In this document: one piece after another, positions 10,299 to 21,518 of the stretch
How the letters are laid out: every line of letters starts with the position of its first letter
How positions within the stretch are numbered: position 1 is the first letter of the stretch
Assembly (NCBI GenBank): GCA_004022145.1
Contig: RCNU01000010.1
Source of the DNA: Paecilomyces variotii
Taxonomy: Eukaryota
Reading direction: 5' to 3' (one strand)
Length of the DNA stretch: 25,302 nucleotides
The notes under the pieces: generated by a model
The model's database searches: none
Told to the model about the DNA's origin: nothing
Seen by the model: the letters and a program-made list of their open reading frames with translations, nothing else
Program-made: the position numbers and the translations under genes

Positions 10299-13057
10299 AG
10301 CTCCACGGATTTGGATAAACCGATATAGGATCCTGGCTGAAAAGCCAGGATGGTGAAGAAAGAAGTCGCGAAGTTGATGATATCCCCTGTTTGGTGTTGT
10401 GGTTTTCTAGGTTCCCATTGGCATTTCTCCGGCAGTTCCGGGCGTTTCGAGGTTCTTATAACATCCCGTGGCTGTCCAACAGGATTGGCTCGAGGCTTTT
10501 GCACTTGATTCACAGTTTTATCTCCCCAAGACTTTCTTTCCCTCGGGCGGTTTCCTGCCCAACCCCGCCAAACTGCCGCGAGGGAAGGAATCTTGAAGGA
10601 TTCTTGATCATGGTCTGACTGTCTGGCTACCCGTGTCACGGGCCGGACTACAAGGCGCTTGTCTAGAAGATGGTTGGCTCTGCGAGATGGTTCTGCGATT
10701 TTCCCCTTGCTCCCTGTTACCCTGTTACCATCTGCTCGTACTGGCGCTGATCATGACCCTCTTGTTTTACCTCGAATGTCCACGAACCCATGACCGTATG
10801 ATACGTATAATGCCGTTTGTTGTGCAGCGGCTGATTTTGACAAGCATGCAGAGAATGTACAGTGGTTTTCTACTCTCTCACTGAGCGGTTCTTGTGTCTG
10901 CTGTATTGGTCCGTCTGTACTCTTTCCTGCATGAACATAGAGCCATCTTCGACATTCTTTGACACTTGGTCGTAAGGATCTAGTGATTGCAACCTATAAG
11001 AATACTGACCACCTATAAACATTCTTGTCGGGTTTATGTCGGTGAAACTGTGCTCCAGTGTAGATGGCTCTTAAAGTCCCGCGATGTCTTTTTTTAGGAA
11101 AGATCCACTCAATGGGGCTCTGGACTCTGGACTCACCAGCACGAGGGTTTGCTGGACATAACTAGATTCTACCTCATAGCCAGCCAGGGTATCTAGAATC
11201 TGGGATCTGGAGAAGCAGCGCCAACGGCTCTTCCTAGCATCTCAAGTGTTCCTGAGCGCTGTTTCTCCCCGGTCCCGTTTGCTAAATATCTATCGGCCGG
11301 GTGGGAAAACGGCGGTTGTTCCCTTAAGGAGTGGGGAAAGCAAGAAGCCAACAGGACTAGACTAATTATTGTCATTAGTTCAACCATTGCGACTTGAACG
11401 GCCCGATGCGGCGAGCCGGGCATCCATTATTGGGCCCAAAAGACACACACCTTGGGACTGTGGATAAGAATAATATGGATCACGGTGGAAGTTGCCGGAG
11501 CGGCGCAAGAAAAGAGGGAAAACTGATCAATAATTATGATAGGTACTAGAAGCATTCCATTCTCGTAACTAACTTGTGGCTGGGACAATTGCCATCAATA
11601 CGACAGGACCAGGGGTAGTTATCCAGACGGGCACGCGATCACCATACCATTACCAGGTAGTTGATAATAATAGATAGGGGGATAGTTACATAGTTGTACC
11701 AAATCGACAAGGGACATTTATTCCCGCAGGTCAACTCAACTGTCAACATCTTGTTTTCTTCCTCCACCGTACGGAGTAGTTAGAACTATTGACTCCATAC
11801 AGGGAAGCAGAGATATACAAGGGCGTATCGGATAGCTTAAGTTCGTTATTATTACCCTCGTTAACGACCTCTTACATCCCCCGTATTATTATATTACCAC
11901 AGTAATTAATTAATTAATACCTCCTGAGGCCTTTTTAGCCAGAATGATTCGCATCAGGGCTGGAATGGCGTCGCCAGCTTTCCCTTGCCGATCAACCGGT
12001 GTGAGAGATAGCCAAGGCATAAGTATTGGGCTGACGATGAGACAGGGTCCCAGTTGGGTTGCAGTCTTGTTGATGGATGATTGAACGCGTGCCGTTCTAC
12101 CAATAATAGATAGTGGTTGGGGTGGTGTTGCGTTGCCCTTTTGGTTTCAGGAGAGAAGTTACTTAGTTAACGATGTGATCAGGGGTGGATATTCATCCCT
12201 TTTTTTTTCTTTCTATGATTAGATATCTCATCCGAACATGTTCAGTGGTAAGTTACTGACTATGAGGCATTAATTATTATTATTATTATTATTAAACCTT
12301 GGGGGAAAATACCAGAAGATAAAAATAAATAGAATAGAATAAAATATAATATAAAAAAGCAAGGAACAGACACGCGGACTCTTCTCGTTTGGAGAATTCA
12401 ATTCTCGTGTTTGTACTGTACTGTAGTTTGCTATTCTTGCATCCTATTATTTACCCGGGTGTTCGAACCTCCTGTTATTTTGTCTAGATAGTCTATTATT
12501 ATTATTATTTATTCCAAGACAAGACTGGATTCAGCCCTATTGTCTTTTCTTTCTTTTTTGATTTCCCTTTTTTCACCAACCCCCTGCGGATATCAGTCGG
12601 GATCTACTATTGTTGTCCTTCACCCTTGAGCGATTTAATTTCATTCGACCAAGTCTGAAACCAGGCGTGTGGTGTTGAACTGTTGCTGCCCCGAGCGTCC
12701 GGTACAATCGGCGCAAAAGAAGATTGAAGGAGTTCCCCCAAAAGAGGTACGAGCTGAGCTGAAGAGGGTAGGGAGTTGTGAATTTAAAATGGTTTCGAAA
12801 CGATAACTCTCAAGCCGAGCGAAAGTTTATTTGCATTTTATTTAAAGCGCTGGGTCCAAAAAGCTAAGCAAGCGTTCGTTGCCATAGGAGAACAATCCAA
12901 TCCGATTTCCCATATAATATTCTATCTATCTATCGGCTGCTTTTCTCTTGCTTTCACCAGCCACAAAAAGGGAAGCATACCACGCCAAGACCCCGCCAGA
13001 CAAAGCAAGGAAGAGAGAGAGAACAGAACACAACAGACGGTCAACGATAGAATTATC

Positions 13058-13078
13058 GAATTGAATTGAATTGAATTG
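13058..13078. repeat. (GAATT)4 microsatellite in the aminotransferase 5' leader
   Basis: gaattgaattgaattgaattg directly visible. Confidence 0.8.
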
Positions 13079-13107
13079 GATTGCTGGGAAGATCTGCTTG
13101 TGCCAAG

Positions 13108-14881
13108 ATGTCGTTCTCGGGACGTCGCGTCAGTATTCTGCGTCCAGCAGACAACAAACGTTTCTCGACCGGAAGGGATCTCGCGGAGAACGGTAGGTTC
13201 TGGTCTCCCTGAACTCGCATTCCCATGCGCGCTCTGGCCCCAGCCAGCCAACGGCTTTGATGGCGCGTTTTCATCTGTGCCGCTTATAATTATTCGATTT
13301 TCTGGGCTTTTCCCCAAGACTGACTTGTGCGTTCGACTGCTCCAGAGAAGAAGTCCGAAATCCACCGTCAGTTCCGTGATGCCCACGAGGGTCACCGTCC
13401 ACACGCCGGTCTCGACGCCTCTCGTACCTCCACGGGAGTCGTCTGGTGTACAGAGCGTGCCAGCGAGCATGGCTATCTAGAAGACCCTTCCTCCTGGGCC
13501 AACCTGGGTCAGGGTGCCCCCGAGGCAGACGATGAGATCTTCGGCAGTTTCCCCCGCCCTACTGCCATTCCTATCGCCTCCGCGTCTCGCGAGTACGGTC
13601 CGACCGCTGGTATCAAGCCGCTGCGTGCGGCCGTTGCGAAACTCTACAATGAGCACTACCGAAAGGGTAAAGAGAGCCAGTATACGTGGGAGAATGTCTG
13701 CATTGTGCCGGGTGGAAGAGCCGGTCTCATTCGAATTGCTGCCATTTTGGGCAACTCGTACTTGGGCTTCCCCATTCCCGATTACTCTGCGTATTCGGAG
13801 ATGTTGTCGCTCTTCAAGAACGTAAGTCAGATCAATTATCATTATCATATCAGATCATATTATATGATGAGCATGCGAGGCGATGTGATCGGGACAGCCT
13901 GTTTGCTGACTTGTGCGCGCTCTGTAGTTTGCAGCAATCCCCATCCCACTCTCTGAACAGGACCACTACCACATCCACCCGGACAAGATCGCCGAGGAAA
14001 TCGCCCGTGGTACCTCTGTCATCCTGACCTCGAATCCGCGAAACCCCACTGGTGATGTCCTCGCCAACCCCGAGCTCGGACGGATCCAGGACATCTGCAG
14101 AGATCGCGCGACTTTGATCCTGGATGAATTCTACGGCGGTTACAACTACAGCACTGGCTGTGACGGCACCACGATCAGTGGTGCTGAGAACGTCGTCGAC
14201 GTGAACGAGGATGGTATGTCATATTGCAGCTTTCCCCAGAATCATATCAGTTCGTTTCACAGCGGACATGGCTGATTGGATTGGATAGACGTGCTCCTGA
14301 TCGATGGTCTGACGAAGCGCTTCCGTCTCCCTGGATGGCGTATCGCCTGGATCGTCGGTCCCAAGGACTTCATCACCGCTCTCAGCTCGGCGGGTTCTTA
14401 CCTGGACGGAGGTGCCAATGTTCCTTTCCAGGAAGCTGCTATCCCTATGCTCGAGCCGGGTCTCGTGCGGGCAGAGATGAAGGCCCTGCAGATTCACTTC
14501 CGCGAGAAGCGGGACTATGTCGTGAAGCGTCTACAGAAGATTGGATTCCGCTTTACGGACATTCCCCAGGCGACCTTCTACATCTGGCTGGACCTGAACT
14601 CGCTGGAGCCACCGCTCCCTGCTGAGGCCAACATCTCCGACGGTCTGAACTTCTTCAACGCACTTCTGCACGAGAAGGTGATTGTGGTTCCTGGAATCTT
14701 CTTCGATCTCAACCCGGCCAAGAGACGTGATCTGTTCGACAGCCCGTGTCACCACTTTGTGCGTCTGAGTTACGGACCGAAGATGGACGTGCTGAAGCAC
14801 GGTCTGGACGGCATTGAGAGGGTCGTTCGTCGTGCCAGAGGAGAGACCGGCTGGGAGGGTGACGAGGCCGTCCGGGACTAG
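13108..14881 (+). CDS. Class I/II PLP-dependent aminotransferase (aspartate aminotransferase-like), about 479 aa, 4 exons
   Basis: Exons 13108-13192, 13346-13821, 13928-14213, 14289-14881; introns GTAGGT..CAG, GTAAGT..TAG, GTATGT..TAG; total 1440 nt. Motifs 'NLGQGAPE', 'YGPTAGIKPLRAAVA', 'SNPRNPTG', 'ILDEFY', 'DGLTKRFRLPGWRIAW' (PLP lysine), 'VIVVPGIFF', 'FVRLSY'. Confidence 0.9.
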
Positions 14882-15278
14882 AGAATTAAAAGTGCTTCTG
14901 GTTTGAGCTATCAACACGGGTCGGGGGCTAGGCGGTAGATAGATAGATACCTAGATAGAAGGTAGCAGACAATACACTTTTGCTGGTTTCGCGAGGTCGC
15001 TTTCATTTCCGCCGTGGGAATCTAATATTAGAACCGTAGAAATCCAATAATAGAATCAAGGGAAAGCGATAGATAAAAATCCATGGAGGCAGCATAGATA
15101 AAAGTCAGGGGATGCCACGTGACGGGATGCTTCCCGACATCATAAATAAAGTAATGGATGATCGCCCTAACTAGAATACTTACTCTATCTACTTGACACA
15201 GCCAGCAGCAGCACTCAGCGCAGCTCGCATGCGAGCCAGTCGCATCGGGCCACTGCCGCGCGAGATGCGCCCGTTACC

Positions 15279-16550
15279 ATGGCCATAAGTTTATTTCGCA
15301 TCTTTTACAGCGCCGTCTTTGCCCTCCTCTTCTTCGTCGTCTCCTGCCTTATCCTCCTCAGCCCTGGAGACGCCATCTACCAGTGTTACAAGAACCATAA
15401 CTTGACCAACATCTTCATCATCACGGGCGCTTACGTTATCACATTTCTGCTGGGCCTTCTGATCTACTCCACGCGCATCTATACGAATCGCAGCGTGCTG
15501 GCCGGTATCCCGAAAGCATGGATCCCCGTCGAGAAAGAAGATGTGGGCAAGAGCGTGAGGAGGCTGGTGGTCGAGGGCCTGGCGAGGAGCGCGATCACCG
15601 CGTATCGAGCGAGACCCAGGGATCTGACCGTGGAGAAGGAGGATCAACCGCTCGATGAACGTACGTTGGAAATGGACCGCAACCATCCGCCGTGGGGTCA
15701 CGTCTCTCATCCCGGGTGGTCGGCGCCCTCCTCACCAGATTTACCAGATCTACACTATCAATCGGTTCTCAAAGAGTTGCCCTACCTCATCGAAGCCAAA
15801 GCCGTTTCTCTGGCGCCGCCGGATCCGATCCTGTCCTCGTCGCGTCGCTATCGTGATCCGTACAGTTCGTACTCTGACGAGGAGCCTGTTCCGGATCCAC
15901 GTGTGGTGGAGATCCTCCAACGGCCATCGTCAATGGGATTGCGTGAATATATTGGACACTTGACGAATCTGAACTTGATCAGGCCACCGGAGTTGGGCGC
16001 GGAGTTTCTTGCTATATATGAACGGGCGAGGTTCTCGGCACATGCGCTGGAGGAGGAGGAGTTTCGCGCGCTAATGAGCGTCTTTGCTGAGATCTTGAGG
16101 GCGATGAAGTCAGTGACTCCGCAGTTACTGGATGAAGCCCGCGGAGGGAGTTCTCTCTCATACGGCGAGTCGGTTATTGGTCCGTCGGACGAGGAAGGCG
16201 AAACAGATTCAGTCTACTCTCCTGATGAGGGAGAGCAACAAACTCGGGGTCGAAGCAATAGTGTGCGGCCGTCCAATGTATCTACGTGGGAGAGCAGTCG
16301 CTCGCTTTATACGGCGCCCTTGGTGCAGACTAGGAGCTCACCGACTCTCTCGAGAGGACCCGCCCCCGATCGACGTGGACTGTCGGCTATGCGGACACCT
16401 TCCATGAATTCTCTTCGACCAGTTTCTCTTCGGCGGTCGCGGTCAAACATCTCCGGGAGTTCAGCAGGGAGCGTGATTCGCTTGGTAGAGGCTCGGAATC
16501 CGTTGGATCTGCCGTATACCATAGACGTCCCTCGAAGAACACAGCGGTGA
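15279..16550 (+). CDS. DLT1: DLT1-like (defect at low temperature 1) membrane protein, 423 aa, single exon
   Basis: Two N-terminal hydrophobic segments, then 'RIYTNRSVLAGIPKAWIP', 'PPWGHVSHPGW', 'YERARFS' and a Ser/Arg-rich tail. Family assignment is from recognition of these motifs. Confidence 0.72.
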   Translation: MAISLFRIFYSAVFALLFFVVSCLILLSPGDAIYQCYKNHNLTNIFIITGAYVITFLLGLLIYSTRIYTNRSVLAGIPKAWIPVEKEDVGKSVRRLVVEGLARSAITAYRARPRDLTVEKEDQPLDERTLEMDRNHPPWGHVSHPGWSAPSSPDLPDLHYQSVLKELPYLIEAKAVSLAPPDPILSSSRRYRDPYSSYSDEEPVPDPRVVEILQRPSSMGLREYIGHLTNLNLIRPPELGAEFLAIYERARFSAHALEEEEFRALMSVFAEILRAMKSVTPQLLDEARGGSSLSYGESVIGPSDEEGETDSVYSPDEGEQQTRGRSNSVRPSNVSTWESSRSLYTAPLVQTRSSPTLSRGPAPDRRGLSAMRTPSMNSLRPVSLRRSRSNISGSSAGSVIRLVEARNPLDLPYTIDVPRRTQR

Positions 16551-16980
16551 GAACATTTGGACATATTATCCTGAGAATATTACAGCATCAGGACTTGGAA
16601 CTGTCGCTCGTCTTTATTAGGATAGGCGTTTGGAATGGCATTGGCGTTTACGGGCGTTGGGAAGACGCTGGATAGAGCTGGCAACTCTTTTACACTATGC
16701 GCATTGGGCAACATTGGATCTCTAACTTTACTATAATTGCATACCCAGTTGAATACCACATGTTTCTTTCTACTACTCGCTTTTTGTTTTGCTTGGTCAT
16801 ATAGATCAGCTCTGCCATCCAATCTCAACCATCGGGTTTAGTAATCGGCGTGCAAGTCGGAATTCTTTCCGTCCCCAAGACGTAATTAATCAGATAAGAT
16901 CTCGCCTCGTCGCCGAACAAACGCAACTTCTTCCTTTCATTTATCAAACAGCCAGCCATCGCGGCACGACGAGCATCACG

Positions 16981-18216
16981 ATGCAGTCCCTTCTCCGTCG
17001 TGGAACGTCATTCCTCTCCGGCTCCACCAAGGACAAACCAGACGGCTTCACGACCGTCTCGTCGCACGATGCGCTCTTCCCCAAAGTCGACCCCGCCGTT
17101 GACGGCGAGGATTGTGATAAGGACTGCGCCACATGCACCGTGCGCTATCCAGCCAAATTCGATATCGATACGAAGGATAAATTATACGGACATGTCGATG
17201 GGTGGGCGACGCATCTGCTCGTCGCGACGGGGAAGTCGGATTGGGTGAGAGATGTCGCGGACGAGAAGGGTAGTGTGATGGAAGCGATCGAGAAGCATGC
17301 TATTAAGCCGAGGAATGGGGTAAGAGTTACCAATTCAATTGGCATGCATAAGCCAGGACAAGAAGAAGTATCCTGAAGAAAAATTGCGAGGAGAATTTTC
17401 CTGACCAATGTCTGGCTATAGAAGATGAAACTCTCCGCGTCCAACATGCCTGTTCCTGACGAATACCATCATCATGAACCGGGCTCGCAGCCAACGAACG
17501 TCCTTCTTCTTCCTTCCTTCACGATAGTTGAGCATGTCACGCCGGCATTGGCTTCAGATCTTGTCAGATACTTTGTGGACCCAGCACCAACGACAACAAC
17601 GCCATTGGACGCATCATCATCATCAGAATCCAACACTCAACAACAACGGCAACAGCAATCCTCAACGGAAGAACAAGCAGAAAAGCCCTCCGAAACAGAG
17701 ACACAAGCAGAGAAAACCGACATCAGCTCGCTCACACCCTTACGCTCACGACCCTGTCCCCACGCGGCTGTCATCCTGCTCTGCTCCCAACGCACCCGCG
17801 ATGCGCGATGCGGTCAATCAGCACCGCTCCTCAAGCGTGAGTTTGAGCGCCACCTCCGCGCTCAGGGTCTATACCGCGACATGGACGACGAACGACCCGG
17901 CGGAGTGGGCATCTATTTCATCTCCCATGTCGGCGGACACAAGTACTCCGCGAACGTGATGGTGTATCGACGACGGGATTTCGACTGGTGGAGAAAGAAG
18001 GGCACTAGCACATCTGAGACCCAACCCGAGAAGACAGAAGAGGACAAGAAGAAGGAGAAGGAAGAAGGAGCTGCTCAATGTATCTGGTTGGCGCGAGTGA
18101 AACCTGAAGATTGTGAGGGTATCATCAAACACACGGTCTTGAAGGGAAAGGTGATAAAACCGGGATATCAGCTCAGAGGTGGATTTGATCGTGAAAGAGG
18201 GTTGATTAGTTGGTAG
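16981..18216 (+). CDS. APD1: Sucrase/ferredoxin-like thioredoxin-fold [2Fe-2S] protein, Apd1 type, about 377 aa, 2 exons
   Basis: Exon 1 16981-17319; intron 17320-17421 (GTAAGA...CTGAC...TAG); exon 2 17422-18216. C-x8-C (CSQRTRDARC) plus HVGGH bis-histidyl motif; N-terminal DCDKDCATC; 'ATGKSDW'; C-terminal ISW. Confidence 0.88.
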
Positions 18217-19382
18217 TTAGTTGGTTGGAACTTCTTTCGCATCCGCATCTGCATGTATATCTGCATATGGTGTTGTGTTTCTGTTCTATTAGGTTATATA
18301 GCATATATCGACTGGGAGATAGTAAATAGATAGATTTCCCAATCGATAGATAGATAGATAGGTAGTAAAAAAGGTACTTGGATGAAAACCACCTCTACAC
18401 CTGTTTACTTTTTTCCCTATACATATTGTAGAATCATAAATAGCCCAGAAGTAAATAATCTATCCCTACCGAAGAGCAAGCTAGTCGCTAGGACGTAGAA
18501 GTATATATACATCTAATACTATATCCAACTCATAATCAAACAAAGAGGTAATCCTAAATATCTTCGGCATACAAGACGAACGCCAGCTGATCTGTCAATC
18601 ATCGGATAATCCGCAGATTCTTCGTATCTTAAATACAGGATAGAAAGAACCTACTAACTAGATAACTAGGATCTAGAGATAAATATAGGTTGAAAACCCC
18701 ATAGGAATAGATTCAAGAAAGTAATTCAAGGTGTGTAGGTCTGAGTACTTATGCTTCTGTAGCAATGTTAAATATTTAATAATATCTAACGGGTTCTTTA
18801 TAGAGGATATTGAAGATGAAGGATGCTGTGGAATTAATATAGCGTGTTGATGGTGTTACTGTTGGAGGGTATTTTGGGCGTGTTTTCTGTGCATCTATAC
18901 TTAACATATTATATAGAGAGATATATAGAAAGTAGTATATAGTTCTCTAACTATACCTGCTGTCCTTTTTTTTTGGCGTGATTATTTATATGAGGGAATG
19001 GATATTCATCCGTGGTATTCACACTACCACAGTACCACTACTAGTTATTCTCTATTACTCAGGTAATTAGGCACTCGCCGCTATAACTAAGAGAACCAAA
19101 AGGAATAAATACATGAATATAAATAAAGGAATCCTCAACGAAAAAAAAGCAAGCTACAACTCTGTAAGTCGTGTATATACCTATCCCTAGTTATACCTTG
19201 AAAACTACCTAACAAATGTCCCGAATTCACGAACGAGAAACCAACTACTGTATGTACATACATATATACATACATGCTACAACATCGTAATTCAATTCAC
19301 TTTTAATCCCAGTCTAATTCAACTTGCTTTCATACATAGCAGTAATCAATCTTACCTTAGTACGTATATTAATTCCTTCGGA

Positions 19383-19422
19383 CACGCGTACTCTAGGTAC
19401 AGTACTGTACCCCTTACGCGTG
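19383..19422. repeat. Nested palindrome: CACGCGTA..GGTACAGTACTGTACC..TACGCGTG
   Basis: Perfect 16-bp palindrome at 19396-19411, flanked by 8-bp inverted arms at 19383-19390 and 19415-19422. Confidence 0.85.
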
Positions 19423-20502
19423 GGGGTTAGTTGGGGGGAAAAGTTCGTGAAATAATACCGCAATTCACCTAGTGGTGTTCCCAGTCCACGGGGGAAAGAA
19501 TGGAACGTGGGGTGTAACTAGACTCTAGAGTAAGTACTTAAACGTGGGGATGTTTTTCCGCGGGGGAACACGGGGGGAAATTATTCCCTTGCTTGCTGGC
19601 TTTTCTTTTCTCTCTTACGGGTTTTCTGAATATTGTTGAAAAATATCGTGGATAGGTTGATTTACCGCTATAAACGAACGGTTCCTAGGTTATTTATTAT
19701 TTGTTGTTTGGAGGTATTTATGGAGGGTTTGACCGGTTAGCTTTGAATAATCATTTCGAGAAGTCAATGATGATAGTTTTGTGTTATTAAATACTGGACG
19801 ATAGCTAGTCTGACGATGCTTTCTATGTTCATCTGTCGAGTTTCCTATGTTTTCTATCGGAGTCAGCTGGTACCTAGGTGCCTATTGATCGAACGGCGCC
19901 GATAGTAAGTATCTATCGAGTACAGCGCTTCCACGACAGACCGGTATAATCCCTGCAATGTACAGTGGTTACTCTGGCTGGAAACGCTTCAGTCTGCAGT
20001 CAGGTTATACTTGACTTCTGGATATTCTTCCTTACCCTCGACTATAAATGCTCGAAGCTAGTTACTTACTCTTGACGAATTCCATCAACCCTTCCTACAT
20101 CTAGTTACAGTAGAGTATACGTAACCTGCGAACATCTCAGTCTGGAACACGCGCTCGCCTGATCTGCACGTGGCCAGACGGATACAATAAGTATCCAGAG
20201 TACGTCAGCACGTGCATTCAACCAGTCAACGCCGACGTATTCATCAGCAAGTATGGTATGTATGCAGTTTGGTTGCACTGCGGCAATATAATATCACAGC
20301 GATTCTGGAAATCCACAATGATGATCGTGTCCCGGATACGAAGCCGATGGATTTTAATTCTTTCGGTCAAGGAAGACATTATTATTCAAGCAGGGCTGCA
20401 GTTCACCTGCAGGGCCTGCGTGGTGCTTGTACCGATTTGTCCAATCCGGGCGTTCGTGTCAGTCATCGCAGAGGCGAGAGATCGACAGAATGAAACATGC
20501 GC

Positions 20503-20524
20503 GGCATGGCATGGCATGGCATGG
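20503..20524. repeat. (GGCAT)4 microsatellite
   Basis: ggcatggcatggcatggcatgg directly visible. Confidence 0.8.
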
Positions 20525-21448
20525 CGGCGTGGAATCTAGAAAGGATGTAGAGTAGTAGATAGATAGTGTGATACTATGTACTAACAATGTTTCTCGTGGC
20601 GGTGAGCGGCTCATTAAAGGGGGAGGGGGGCCAAAGAAGATAGTTACGATACTCAACTGAATACTACTAGTTAGTGGCGGTAAGAAAAGAGTCACATGCC
20701 GATAGTAAGATTCGGGCAAAAAAGACACATGATGCGGTATAATCCTGGCGTATGAGGCCTCGTATTTATATGGATATTGCTCTAATGCGATCTTACTGCA
20801 GTAGTAGGTATATCCTCGGGCGCCTTTTTGAGTGGGAGGTGTACTGCTTTTGAAGTTAGATGGTTCCTGCTCGGGTAAGCAATCGTTGATGTCGATAATA
20901 TGTGGATGGAAGGGACTCCGTATTCTGATACGATCGGATAGAAGATAGGGGATGCTGTGATCCAAACAAAACGAGATTCTCTTTTTCATGACTGGATTCG
21001 TCCTTCGGCAGATCCAGTCGTATGCTATAATCTAGTTTTGCGCCCATCCATATTATACTGGAAGTAAATGGTAAGGGCTTATGTTTTGAACTCAGTTCAA
21101 GGTAGAAGCCAGCACGACATGTCGCCGGGGATGACCTCGGGCAAGTTCGAACTGATTTCCTGATTACCGACATCAGCCAGGAGCTTCGCGCAATATCGCA
21201 TCACCTAATTGCATTTTCCACAAACAAATTTCGTTTTTGTCTATCATCGTAGGCGCCTTGGATACTCGTCCCAATGGAAAACCGTACGTAAGGCATGGTG
21301 GATCACAATACAGTGAGAACATGTATCATGATCCTACCAGCCACTGTTGACCTATTTTGAGGCTGACTTACGACCAACTCTAATCAACAACACTAGTATG
21401 ATGCAACCTGAGACCGCGGCCGGGTCACAGTAGAACGGGGTTACTAAC

Positions 21449-21518
21449 AGAGCTAATCGGGGGTAGAAGAAATGCTAAGACTTTTCTTGGCAAATTTTCT
21501 CTATCTCTAATTAGCTCT
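21449..21518. repeat. About 32-bp imperfect inverted repeat (hairpin) at the edge of the RIP block
   Basis: AGAGCTAATCGGGGGTAGAAGAAATGCTAAGA - loop CTTT - TCTTGGCAAATTTTCTCTATCTCTAATTAGCTCT. Confidence 0.75.

Noticed and set aside
10295..11423. Short ORFs downstream of cdc24
   Set aside because: No recognisable domains; consistent with 3' UTR and intergenic sequence.
12455..12475. B-box-like GTTCGAACC suggesting a tRNA
   Set aside because: No A box or cloverleaf; the upstream sequence is AT-rich and low complexity.
11460..13050. GATA (AreA-type) site cluster upstream of the aminotransferase
   Set aside because: GATA words are common in low-complexity intergenic DNA throughout the window; enrichment cannot be shown.
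12922..13480. 182-aa minus ORF and 134-aa plus ORF at the aminotransferase 5' end
   Set aside because: Explained by exon 1, intron 1 and exon 2 of the spliced gene.
16789..16980. Upstream in-frame extension of the Apd1-type ORF, or a DLT1-Apd1 fusion
   Set aside because: Non-ATG start; DLT1 has its own stop at 16550, and ATG 16981 has a good context.
21345..21449. Solo LTR call based on TGTT...AACA ends
   Set aside because: Flanks GCCAC and GAGCT are not a target-site duplication; kept only as a structured-element finding.
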